Shown here: positions 42,682 to 61,220 of the stretch, piece after piece
How positions within the stretch are numbered: the first letter of the stretch is position 1
Layout of the letters: each line of letters starts with the position of its first letter
DNA from: the human T2T-CHM13v2.0 reference genome, Homo sapiens
Assembly (NCBI RefSeq): GCF_009914755.1
Contig: NC_060926.1
Strand: one strand, 5' to 3'
Length of the DNA stretch: 64,000 nucleotides
The notes under the pieces: generated by a model
Seen by the model: only the letters and a program-made list of their open reading frames with translations
What the model was told of the DNA's origin: nothing
Databases searched by the model: none
Translations under genes and position numbers: made by a program

Positions 42682-43248
42682 TGAGAAAAAAGAGTAGCCT
42701 CTGACATTCAGATGCTGGCCTGGCACTCGCAGTGAGGACATGTTACTCCGCTATTAGACATAAACAGTCTCACAGAATAACAACTTCAGACAAGGCTACT
42801 CCGAGACCAGGATGAAATGAGATAAAATAAATCCACTTCTTAACTTTGCCTAAGCGCAGACAAAAACAAAGTCAATGCTCCACTCTCAAAATCCCAAGCC
42901 CTCACTCTCTCAGCCAAAATGATTAACTGCCACTTCTTTATGGATTACAGGTTTATCCGTGTTCTAGTCTCCCCTCCCTACGGGTAAGATTTCTTGAGAT
43001 AACTAATCACAAAATTAACCCTGCTTTCTGCTAACATCTAATCTGGAGTGAACTCCAACTTTTTTAGCTCCTTCCCCAAATCGCACAACTGAAGTGCAAA
43101 TCCTATAACAATTTCTTTCTAAGCTCTCTTACTGAGACACTCCATGCTTCCCCAAGGAGCATGTCCTCCCTTGCTGCAACAAGTAATAAGCTCAACTTGT
43201 TTAAAGACAGGTGTGTCCCTGGTGGTCTTTAGCTAAAGGACATTGACA
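42682..43248 (+). mobile_element. MER67-type ERV1 solo LTR upstream of CRYGC
   Basis: TGAG...GCTGGCCTGGCACTC...GGTGTGTCCCTGGTGGTCTTT...ATTGACA. Confidence 0.7.
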
Positions 43249-43507
43249 TGAATAAGTGGGATTATGTGTATAAGGCATTTGGCACATACTTGGCACAAAT
43301 GAACACTGAATAAATGTTGTTATTAGTAATAGAGTGACATTGTTAAGGCTGACTTCATCCTGTTTATCCCTCTCAAAGATATTTAATCCTCTCAAAGATT
43401 CCTGAAAAAATTTATCCTCTATGAAGCCATTTTGTGATTAAAGAAAAATTAGGCTTGGAAGGGACTTTCGAAACCATCGGGTGGTTTTCAAACTCCAGTG
43501 TGCCTAA

Positions 43508-44726
<1,219 letters not shown>

Positions 44727-44899
44727 AGCACTCTTTCTTGTTCTATAAAGTTTCATATGTACACAGTGAGAGAATCGGAGCAGAGATACCAGCACTTAAA
44801 TTAGAGCACTGGTAAGAAGACAGGAAAAGCAATAAAGGGGCCAGAAAGTGCATATTACAGAACATCGCTCTTGTTCCATAATGGCGTAGTCTTGTATTT

Positions 44900-45630
44900 C
44901 TCTAACCTTTTTTCAAATCTTTCTCCTTCTCTCCTCTGCCCCAACCACCTCCCACCCCCAAACCCCTGCCATTGTAGCTGCCTTACATAGGGTCTTATCA
45001 TATCTCAGCTGGACTTTCAACAGCCTCCTGACTCTGCCCAGTGTTGTCTTCCTCCAAGCTGCACTCAGACAGATGCTGGAGTGATGAGAATCAAAACACA
45101 TCAAATCATGCTGTTCATTTGCTTGAAAAATTTCATGGACTCCCATTGTCTCCAGGATCCAATATTGATCCCTTAGCGCGGCATCCTAGACCTGGCCTCC
45201 GCTGTCTGTCCCCACGCTTTCTGATTGATCACGCCGAACCGCTTGTCATTTCCCAAATGCACAATGTTATTTCATGTTGTTCTTGTTTTTCAACATATTG
45301 ATCCTTCTCAATGAGACACCAGTTTATTTTTCAACCAGAGAAATTTTACCCTTTCTTCAAGTCTCAGCTCAAGCGTCAGTTTGTCTGTAAAAGATTTTCC
45401 TGAACCCTTCCTAATCTTCTGGGCTGAATTAAATACTGCCTCCGTGGCTCCTCATGTTCATACCACTATAAGGGTAACTATCACTTATCTAATTATTTTG
45501 TTTAGACATCAGTCCCTCAAAATAGATGGGAGAGCCCCATAAAGGCAGAGTCTATTCCATCTTTATTTTTGTGTTCTCACTAATTGGCTTAGAGGACTGG
45601 CACATAAAGGTTACTCAATAAATGCCCGGG
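44900..45630. mobile_element. L2 fragment
   Basis: CAAGTCTCAGCTCAAGCGTCAG...TGGCACATAAAGGTTACTCAATAAATG L2 3' end. Confidence 0.6.
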
Positions 45631-45808
45631 AGGGGGGATGTGTGAATGTTATTCCTTGTCTGAAATTTATTATTATAATGGTCTATGGAGCCTGTTTCAA
45701 ATGTTCAATATACACAGGCATAACACACTCACATTGAAGTTCAGGATATGCAACTTTCGGTGTGTAGGATGACACAGGCACCCTGCACTTGATCGATTTA
45801 ATGGGGCT

Positions 45809-46393
<585 letters not shown>

Positions 46394-47099
46394 TAATGGG
46401 CCTTTATAACAGTGGAGATAATAAGCAAAAGGGAAAAACCAGGAATGCTGTGTTGTGCCCTAAGTCCTCCCACTCCTTAGTAATTCTAATTTTTATTTCT
46501 TCTGAGATGAGAAATTAATGTTACAACAGCGGTAGCCAATTCTAGAGTTTTGCTGGTGTCTGAGGTCCAGCCAGCAGTTGATTTTACCACCCACCTTCCT
46601 GCTTCTTAGCAATTAATATACGGTGGTATCCTATGCAGTCATGCATCTCTTTTTTATATGATTGCAATTTTAATTTTAAAAAATGGGAAAAAATAGTACC
46701 CTTGCAAATAAAAAGGCAATTCTACAAATTAATATAAAATTCACTGGGGAATTCTAAAGCGAAGGCCAAGAGTTCCCTCGAGGACATGGGAAAGGCATCA
46801 TGCTGGGGTTTTTGTGTGGTGCTTTGCCAGTCGGCACCCCCTCAGCAAGCCCTTCCTGAAGGGCTTATTGCCCTGGTTTTGAGAAGTCTATCTAAATAAA
46901 TTACAGCAAACTCTGCCCTCACCCCAGGGAACTGGTCCCTTCATGCTTCTAGAAGAATTGAGATTAGCTTGTCCAATCTACTCTCTAGTCATCTTCCTAC
47001 TTGCAGGCTGCTAGGGGCCACAAGTAGAAAGGGGAGGAACAAGCAAGGGCAGAGACAGGAAGCTGGTTTTCCTTGAGGCCTCATGTGGTCACCTTACAA

Positions 47100-47937
47100 C
47101 AAACACTGCAAGGCTTTATGAGCTAAATGTCAACTCACACACAGATCAGGTGCCTGCCCTGAGCTTCTCTGAGCCTTTCTGCCCTGCTCCATCACTCGTC
47201 AGTGAGTCTGAGGTTGAATGCAAACACTCATGGAGCAGAGATCAGCTAGAAGCAACGTGAAAACCACGAGGGTTTAAAGTATGGTGTATGCTGGCACCAG
47301 CTTAAGGTGGCATTCCCCACCCACGCTTCCCCCTCCACTTCAGAAGGCTGCACCTCCTGTATTACAGGGATTAGGGCTCTTGTAACTCAATCAATAAAGC
47401 CTCTGCTCTATGGCCACTGGGGCCATTGTCTTCTGACATAGCCTGGCCAGGAGCCCCGTTGTCTGCAGAAGGGAGTTCACTCCTCCTCTGCTTTCATACC
47501 AGTGTATCCAATTTCCTTGACAAACTCCACTTTATCAGTTATTCTGCCATTTGGAAAGTTTTACACACTTGGAAGATGTTGCCAATGACATCTTCTGGTG
47601 AGTAGCCCAGATGCCATAGGTGAGCAGGAATCTTGTAGGTTTCCTTGACATGGGCATTCACACAGTGCTGGATCATCTCCTTCATGAGCAGGGGGTGGGG
47701 CTCGTCACAGACCCTGAACATACTTCTCGCTGTAACTGAAGCCAGATCCTGGGAAGATGGACTGCAAGTTGTTCAGGGCCTGTCTCATGTCTCCCTGACC
47801 CATGAGGATGATGGCTTCTAGGCCAAAGTCAGTGTACAGAACTGTACCCTTCTCTCTAGCATTCATCGGCCTCACACTGCTCCGGGCATCGGTCAGCTTT
47901 GTGTAGCGGAGGACTATGCACTGGGATCCAGTGGCCT
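47100..47937 (-). pseudogene. RFC2 (replication factor C subunit 2) retrocopy, 3' part plus 3'UTR
   Basis: [10 protein letters not shown]...GLEAII...[13 protein letters not shown]...[59 protein letters not shown]...QKTMAPVA, stop at 47408-47410; intronless across several exons; contains disablements. Confidence 0.9.
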
Positions 47938-48125
47938 CTGAACAGAGACGGGAAGGCAGTGAGGTTTCCCTCAGAGGCTGGCATCACCCTATTAGTGCTT
48001 TGATTACGAGGATGCAGCTGCATAATCCACAAAGCCCAGCCATGCTGGTGGTGCGACTCCTCTTTGGCAGCAGGTGCTTAAGAGAAATGCAGTAAAAACA
48101 AGGCTAAATGTCAAAGTATTAACCA

Positions 48126-48748
48126 AAGTATAAAGTATTGCTTTATAAATTGCTTTTCCTTTTCCAAGCATGAGGGAGGCTATAAAGCTTCACGGGCAAG
48201 AGTGTGAGCTTTGGACTCAGGCCGCCTACACTCAGAAGGCCCACTGATTAGCTCCATGGCAAATTACATAACCACACAGAGCATGAGTTATCTCTATGGA
48301 CTGTAGTCTGATTAATGAGAAAAAAAGTGAGAAAAAAGAGCAGGCTCTGACATTCAGATGCTGGCCTGGCACTCACAGTGAGGACATGTTACTCCCCTAT
48401 TAGACATAAACAATCTCACAGAATAACAACTTCAGACAAGGCTACTCCGAGACCAGGATGAAATGAGATAAAATAAAGCCACTTCTTAACTTTGTCTAAG
48501 CGCAGACAAAAACAAAGTCAATGCTCCACTCTCAAAATTCCAAGCCCTCTCTCTCTCAGCCAAAATGATTAACTGCTACTTCTTTATGGATTACAGGTTT
48601 ATCCGTGTTCTAGTCTCCCCTCCCCATGGGTAAGATTCCTTGAGATAACTAATCACAAAATTAACCCTGCTTTCTGCTAACATCTAATCTAGAGTGAACT
48701 CCAGCTTTTTAAGATCCTTCCCCAAATCACCCAGTTGAAGTGCAAATC
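48126..48748 (+). repeat. local duplicate of 42481-43102 (flank plus truncated MER67 LTR)
   Basis: Colinear near-identity, roughly 90-95% by eye, including about 200 bp of non-LTR flank. Confidence 0.95.
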
Positions 48749-49160
48749 AGACAGAGGCCTCAGCCAGCACTGCCCCAGCAATGGCCTTGGCTGGCCAGGG
48801 CTTTCAGATGGAGAAATGATCCTCCAAGGCAGACATCCATGTGCCACAAGCCCTCAGATGAGTCAATTCAGGCCCAGGAAGACTCTGGAATCACAATGTA
48901 TGCTGGGCGTTGGGCCCTTCTGGGCAGATGACAATTCGGTCTGGCTGGGGGTAGGAACAGGACACTCACAGTTTCTTTAAAGCTCCACTGGAGATGCTGA
49001 CCTGCAGCTGGAGCTAAGAACCACCAGTCAGACAAATGTAGAATTCTAAAACTCTCCTTTTTCTTCTCCTTAGACTACTACAACAGCTTCTTCATGATGT
49101 CCAAACCCCAATTTGGCCTCTCTCTGATCCTTCATCTATGCTGCTGTCACATGGGCCTTC

Positions 49161-49715
49161 CGGTGATCTTATCTGAAGCATTAAAAGCAAGAACACAGTG
49201 AGTCGTTTTAGAGCAGATTTCAATGGTTCCCCTGAAGGCTTGCTGGACTCCATCAGTTATGCTGTCTGCTTCATCCAGGAAGATGATCTTATGTTGACCT
49301 TTGGGAAGGATGACTTTTTGTCAAGCAAACATTTTGATTTTATTCCTCGCAACGTCAATGCCCTTGCCATTTGAAGCACTGAGTTCCAGCATGGCATCCT
49401 TCAGTGCTGGGCCCAGGATGCTTATAACTTTGTCAGTTCCCAGGGGGCCAGCAAAGATGATGTGAGGCATATTCCCTTCTCTTGCAAAGATCTCCAGCCT
49501 GCCCACAGTGTATTCATTCCTGTCATTTTCATTCAGCTTTACTGGCCTATATTTTTCAACCCCACTCTCACATCCAGATGTGCCCATTCCTTATGACCTG
49601 GGCCCTCACCATGCAGCTTGCAGTCGTTGGCCCTGCCAGGGGCCTTGCTGAGGGCAGAGGCAGGGTCTTGGGCTGCAAGCTCGCCTGCACCACCGCTACT
49701 GACTTGCACCTCCAT
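49161..49715 (-). pseudogene. RFC2 retrocopy, 5' part (ATG 49713-49715; 5'UTR remnant about 50036-50058 beyond an inserted Alu)
   Basis: MEVQVSSGGAGE...[16 protein letters not shown]...[24 protein letters not shown] (decayed Walker A)...[51 protein letters not shown]...NASDKI. Confidence 0.92.
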
Positions 49716-49723
49716 TCTCTAGC

Positions 49724-50027
49724 TCTTTTTATTTTTATTTTTTTGAGATAAGGTCTCGCTCTGTTGCCCAGGCTGGAGCACAGTGGCGTGATCTTGGATC
49801 ACTGCAGCCTCTATCTCTCTGGCTCAGGGGATTCTCCCACTTCAGCTTCCCAAGAATTTGGGACCACAGGTGCCTGCTACCATGCCCGGCTAATTTTGTT
49901 TATTTTTTGTAGAGATGAGGTCTCACTATGTTGCCCAGGCTGGTCTCGAGCTCCTGGGCTCAAGCAATCCTCCCGCCTCGGGCTCCCAAATTGCTGGGAT
50001 TACAGGAGTAAGCCACTACGCCCGGCC
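49724..50027 (-). repeat. AluJ inserted at the RFC2 retrocopy start codon
   Basis: TSD core CATTCTCTAGC on both sides. Confidence 0.85.
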
Positions 50028-50210
50028 CATGCCTACATTCTCTAGCCTCCTCTTCCCCCATGCATCTCTTATCAATGGGATACATTTTGAGAAATTTCAT
50101 TGTTGTGTGAACATCATAGAGTGTACTAACACAAACCTAGATGGATCAGCCTACTACACTAGTATTTGTGTATCTAAACAAATCTAAACATAGAAAAGGT
50201 ACAGTAGAAA

Positions 50211-50721
50211 TGCGAGACCAGCTCGACTGGGGACAGCCTAACCCAGTGGCACTAGAGGAATTAAAGACACACACACAGAAATATAGAGGTGTAAAGTGGG
50301 AAATCAGGGGCCTCACAGCCTTCAGAGCTGAGAGCCCCAAACAGAGATTACCCATGTATTTATTAACAGCAAGCCAGTCATTAGCATTGTTTCTATAGAT
50401 ACTCGATTAACTAAAAGTATCCCTTATGGGAAAAGAAGGGATGGGCCGAAATGAAGGGGTGGGTCTGGCTAGTTATCTGCAGCAGGAACATGCCCTTAAG
50501 GCACAGATTGCTCATGCTATTGTTCATGGTTTAAGAACGCCTTTAAGCGGTTTTCCGACCTGGGTGGGCCAGGTGTTCCTTGTCCTCATTCCAGTAAACC
50601 CACAACCTTCCAGCGTGGGCGTTATGGCCCTCATGAACATGTCACAGTGCTGCAGAGATTTTGTTTATGGCTAGTTTTGGGGCCAGTTTATGGCCAGATT
50701 TGGGGGGGCCTGTTCCCAACA
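50211..50721 (-). mobile_element. MER9 (HERV-K HML-3) solo LTR
   Basis: Reverse begins TGTTGGGAACAGGCCCCCCCAAATCTGGCCATAAACTGG; TSD AGAAA. Confidence 0.85.
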
Positions 50722-50757
50722 AGAAATATGGTATAAATGATTAAAAAACTGTACACC

Positions 50758-51059
50758 TGGCCAGGCACAGTGGCTGACGCCTGTAATCTCAGCACTTTGG
50801 GAGGCCAAGGCAAGGCGGATCACGAGGTCAGGAGATAGAGACCATTCTGGCTAACACGGTGAAACCCCGTCTCTACTAAAAATACAAAAAAATTAGCTGG
50901 GCGTGGTGGTGGGTGCCTGTAGTCCCAGCCACTCGGGAGGCTGAGGCAGGAGAATGGCATGAACCCAGGAGGCAGAGCTTGCGGTTAGCCGCGATCACAC
51001 CACTGCACTCCAGCCTGGGTGACAGAGTGATACTCTGTCTCAAAAAAAAAAAAAAAAAG
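50758..51059 (+). repeat. AluY in Tigger3
   Basis: TSD TGTACACCT. Confidence 0.9.
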
Positions 51060-51462
51060 ATTGTACACCTGTATAGGACACTTACCATGAATGGAGCTTG
51101 CAGGACTGGAAGTTGCTCTGGGTGAGTCAGTGAGGAGGGTGAATGAATGTGAAGGCCTAGGACATTACTGTACACCACTGTAGACTTTATACACACTGTG
51201 CACTTAGGGTACACAACATTTTTTTAAAATGCTTTTCTTTCTTCAATAATAAACTAACATTAGCATACTGTAACTTTGTAACTTTATAAACTTTTTAACA
51301 TTTTAAGCCTTTTTGACACCTTTGTGGTAGCTTAAAACACAAACATTGTATAGCTGTACAAAAATATTTTCTTTTTATCCTTACTATATAAACTTTTTTC
51401 TTTTTTTTTTTTTTAATAGAGATGGCGTTTTGCTATGTTGCCCAGGGTGGTCTCAAACTCCT

Positions 51463-51859
51463 TGTATGATTCTCCCCAGAGTCTGAAAGCTTAAGGGGAT
51501 GAGTAACCCCTCCCTTCCCAGGCCCAGTCCCAAGGCGCAAGGTCACTTGTGTCAGCAGTGTGCGCCAGCAGGATAGCAGAAGCAGGAAGAGAGCCGGCTG
51601 GAAGACACGTACCCCCGAAGATCGAGAAAGAGGCCATCCGGGTACAACGTAGCAGTTACGTCAGACTAGGACACTTCCTGTTTACAGGAGACTGTAAAAC
51701 CTTTGCCCCGTCCTCACTTGGTGCTGACGCCATTTTAAGCCTCGGCCTTCCTGCACTCAGGCGCACCCAGGCGCTCCTTAAAACAGCTTATTGCTCCACA
51801 CCTCCTCGTGTTGTCTGTGGACGCGCTCTTGGGGTTGGAACTGATACAAGAACCTTACA
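51463..51859 (+). mobile_element. LTR3 (HERV-K HML-6) solo LTR inside a FLAM/Alu monomer (about 51397-51936)
   Basis: ...CTGAAAGCTTAAGG...GATACAAGAACCTTACA; TSD CTCCT/CTGCT. Confidence 0.8.
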
Positions 51860-52486
51860 CTGCTGGGCTCAAGTGATCTGCCTGCCTCGACCTCCCAACG
51901 TGTTGGGATTACAGGCGTGAGCCACTACGCCTGGCCTATTCTTTTACTTTTTAAAATTTTGTGAAAAACTAAGACACAAACACACACATTAGTTTAGGCC
52001 TACACGGGGTCAGGATCATCAATATCACTGTCTACCACTTCCACATGTTGTACCACTGGAAGATCTTCACGGGCAAAAACACACATGGAACTGTCACCTA
52101 TGATGATGATGCTTCCTTCTGTAGTACCTCCTGAAGGCTCTGCCTGAAGCTGTTTACAGTTAACTTTTTTTTTTTTAAAAAAGTATAAGTAGAAGGAGAA
52201 TACTCTAAAGTGATGATAAAAAGTATAGTATAGCAAGCTGGGCACGGTGGCTCACACCTATAATCCCAGCACTTTGGGAGGCCGAGGCAGGCGGACCACC
52301 TGAGTATTGACTTTCTCTTTATGTTGGATTTAGGAGGAGGACAGGACATCTTTTTCTTTGCCTGTATCCCAGGGATAGGAGCAAAAAATTTCTAAGAATA
52401 ATGACTTGATCAAAGAGATTCGGGGACTCTAATCCCTTTCAGTTCAGATGTTTTAGAATAATTTTCATGCCTAAAGACGGTGATTT

Positions 52487-53950
<1,464 letters not shown>

Positions 53951-54654
53951 ACTTAGTATTATTATGTGTAATCATAATATTTTACTCTCTACTGAAATGA
54001 CATGAGGCTGAGCTTCCCGTGCGCATGTGGTTTTTGTAAATGTCCTGAAATTATTCCACAAAGCACATATAGCGAAAACACAGTGAATTCTATTTGGACT
54101 GGAAATCTCATAGTGGAATGAGATATTGGCAGTGGAAGTGAGAGGAAAGGGATGGTGACTGTTAGGAGGACAGGAGTGCAATAGGTAAGAGTGGACCAGT
54201 TCATTTATTTGTTTGTTTATGGAGCTGAGGTAGGAGTCTAGAGGCTGAGAACAACTTTCCTCATCAGCTAAGGCCTGGACTATTAGGGAAGACAATAGGG
54301 ATAACCTGGAGGGATAACTTGGAGGTGTTTCAAAAAGTACCAATTCACCACCGTAGCTGCAAATCTAGCCTGGTGAGACTAACTACAATTGGCCTGAGTC
54401 CAAGTGAACTGAGCTTTTATTTGAGCCTACATGTTTTAGTCATTACAAGAGTGCTGGAAATAATATCTCTGCATTATTCCCCTTATAAAAGATTGCTTCC
54501 CATCATGAAAACATGTTATTATGTTTGGCTGAGTGCCATTATCACTTATAAATGCTTAATAGATTGAAAGAAAGACAGGGCTCTACTAGTGCCAGAAACA
54601 CAAGCTAAATATTTTATTAGATTTTAAAGGAGAAAAGTGGAAAACGTAAATACT

Positions 54655-58095
<3,441 letters not shown>

Positions 58096-58152
58096 TTTGA
58101 AGGAAGTGAGCAGATGTTTTCTGGTTGCTGTGTGGGACTGCAGGAACGTCAC

Positions 58153-58207
58153 TGTATGTATAGCAGCCCTGACTGCTGCCTCCACAGGAAATCACACAAA
58201 AGGGCCC
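58153..58207 (-). promoter_or_regulatory. CRYGB promoter: TATACA box, SOX site retained, MARE degenerate
   Basis: GGGCCCTTTTGTGTGATTTCCTGTGGAGGCAGCAG...CTATACATACA on the minus strand. Confidence 0.7.
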
Positions 58208-58608
58208 ATTTTGGTGAGTAAGGGGATTTGCAAGCTCGCTGCTCTCCGTGCCCAGGTCACTGGGGTTGGCTGAATGGTTTACTCTCATTCTTTCTGGTAG
58301 GTTCGGGTTGTTCTAATTCACTAAAGCTGTTGTTGCCATCAAAATGAATAGAGTACACTTTTAGTTGAGCAAAAGGATGGGCGAAATTCTGTCTCTGTGC
58401 TTTTATTTTATAGTTTACTCTGCTTAATTGACTTCTCAAAAGTCATTAAACTAAGTAATGAATTCTGCTCAGGGACTGGTGGTGTTTTTGTGTGTGTGTG
58501 TGTGTGTGTTTTAGTTCTAAAAGCCAGAATTTAAATAGTAAGGAATCTTAAAGAAGAGGGAATCAAGTGAAGTAATCTGTGAAAGTGTGTTAAAACCCAT
58601 AAAGCTTA

Positions 58609-59084
<476 letters not shown>

Positions 59085-59339
59085 TCAATAATTGGCTCTG
59101 ACCTGAGCAAAAACAGAGAGTTGTGGCTTTCTTCCCCCTTTCAGATCTTCCTAAGGGCCTAAATCCCTCCTTCTGCTGGTGGCTGTCCAGAGTCCTGCCT
59201 GCTGTTTGGTGTTCCTGCTCTGCCTCAAATGTTACCACTAAGTGGCTGATTGGTCTTCTCAAGGCATGGGACCAAAAGGGCTCAGAGTTGGTCCCTATTG
59301 CTGGCAGATTGGACATTCTACAGTGGAAATAGCTGGATT

Positions 59340-59950
59340 AGCCTTAATAAGTAGAAGTTAATGCATAGCCTTCATCCATACCACTATGAACGCTCTCTTA
59401 GTGAGCTCACTGCCAGCAGTAGGGTGGCTGATGGCAGACGCTGACTGGAATCAAATGACCAAATCATTTTTTCTACTTGGTTGTTTAGTGCCTCTTCAAT
59501 GGTGGATGCCCTACACTGGGCCTTCACATGGGATACAACTATCTTCGCCCTTTGTGCCCAATCCCATATCTCCCTGCACATTCCTCTACCCCAGACCTTC
59601 TTGTCCCTAATCTTCCAGTCTTTCTCCTTCCAGGCCCTGGACCAGCCAGCCAAGCCACACATTACTGCTCAATAATTCCATATATGCTTGACCTTGGGCT
59701 ACTTTTCTTTCTGCACCGAGTGAGCAGCCAGGTGCACTACCTCAAGGTTGCCTTTTGGGAGGATTTCCCTCACTGCTGTCTTTAGGGTGACTCCTGAGTG
59801 AGCTATTCTGCAGCAGCATTCTATTTTGGGCTTGTACCCAAATGCCATGCCAATTTATTAGTGTATCAAGCTCAGCCTTCCCCCACTCTATCAGCTGGTC
59901 AGAAGGGACCCCTGCAGGCAGTTGTAAGTGTGAGCTGAGAGAGAGCTACT
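59340..59950 (-). mobile_element. ERVL-class pol (RNase H) remnant
   Basis: GLAGWSRAWKEKDWKIRDKKVWGRGM...KIVVSHVKAQ...EEALNNQVEK. Confidence 0.75.
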
Positions 59951-60854
59951 GCAATAATGGTGACTTCATCCCATCCCGCAGGGAAGGCTAGGGCTAGAGT
60001 TGTCAGGAACTTAGGCAAGTGGACCGGGAATCTGTGCCTCTGCATTGCCCCGTAATTTGATGTGGGCTGCTGCCATGGAGAAGTGTAACTTTGGGCAAGG
60101 CAGCTTCCTCCAGCAGAAGAAAATTCTTGGAGACAAACTCAGCTTTAAGCTGTCAGCATCTGGGAGAAGGAGTGCTTCAGTCCACAGTGGAAGTCCAGGC
60201 AGCACCAGAGCGTCCACTACAAGAAGAAAATAAAGCTGAGATAACTGCAGTTAACATTTTGGTGTTTCATCATCCCAGCTTTTTTATATGTCAAACCCAT
60301 GTGTGGTTGTACAGTGTTATTTATACTGTGTAGCATTCTCTTGTTTTCTTCTAAGTCACCTTTCAAATAAAGTGATTAGTAATACTGATTAAGGTGATCA
60401 CATTTAGCCTTTTAATATATATATATATTTTTTTTTTTGTGAAGAGAAACTGAATGAAAAATCGTTCTAGACTCTCTATTGGTTAGCTATACCCATGCTT
60501 GAGGTCTAGGCAGTATTCAGGAGAATATCATTCACCCAGTGGACTCACTAAAACAATGTAAACAGTCTTTATGTGCTGAAAGTTCTAACTCTTAAAGAGA
60601 CTAAATTAACAACCCTGTTTGATGTAAGACCTAACATACTCAGTGTGATGCACAGGTGGGTGTTTGAGGATCATGATGAACTATCATGTAGTGAGCATTG
60701 ATCTGATTTAAAATTACCCAGATTTTTATCTGCAGGATGATGTTTAAGTGATTGAGGACCCTAGAGTAACATCCTTTAAGTCATACAAATTCAACCAGTC
60801 TCTGGTTCTGATACGTAGAAGAATCAGTAATCCTATGAAAGAAAGATAAACTAA

Positions 60855-61220
60855 GTATTAGGAACACAAAATCAAAATCTCATTGATTCTAATAGAAGAA
60901 ATTGAAGGATTAAACATATTTCAGCATCAGTTGTGACTCTTCTTGAAGGGCTCACTTTGACATTTGTCTTCCCCTAGTGGTGAAATTCCTGTTTTCTTTG
61001 GAGCCTCAGTAGGAATTTTCTCCCCTACAGTTGGGCATCTCGCAGAAGATTCAGGGTCTTTTATAAGTCTAGGGATTGGGAGAAGATATCCTTGAAAGGA
61101 ACTAATCATGTATGTGGGAATAGTCTTCAGGGAGCCCCAACATGAGGCCTCCTTACCTGGTACTGGGAGCTGGTCACTTTTGAAAAATAAAAGAGAAGAA
61201 AGAAGATGAAAAATAAAAGA
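60855..61220 (-). pseudogene. highly decayed gamma-crystallin exon 3 relic (exon-equivalent about 60921-61174)
   Basis: Minus strand reads *IFCEMPNCR/GRKFLLRLQ...H*GKTNVKVSPSRRVT against [24 protein letters not shown]...[16 protein letters not shown]; TGAAATATGT stop context identical to CRYGD; 3'UTR TGTGTTCCT motif; exon start ACC AGC TCC CA; acceptor tract resembles that of CRYGD. Confidence 0.8.

Larger units (their letters stand above)
50060..52235. mobile_element. Tigger3-type DNA transposon, interrupted several times
   Basis: GTGTGAACATCATAGAGTGTACT...ACCTGTATAGGACACTTACCATGAATGGAGCTTGCAGG...GGCCTACACGGGGTCAGGATCATCAATATCACTG. Confidence 0.75.
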
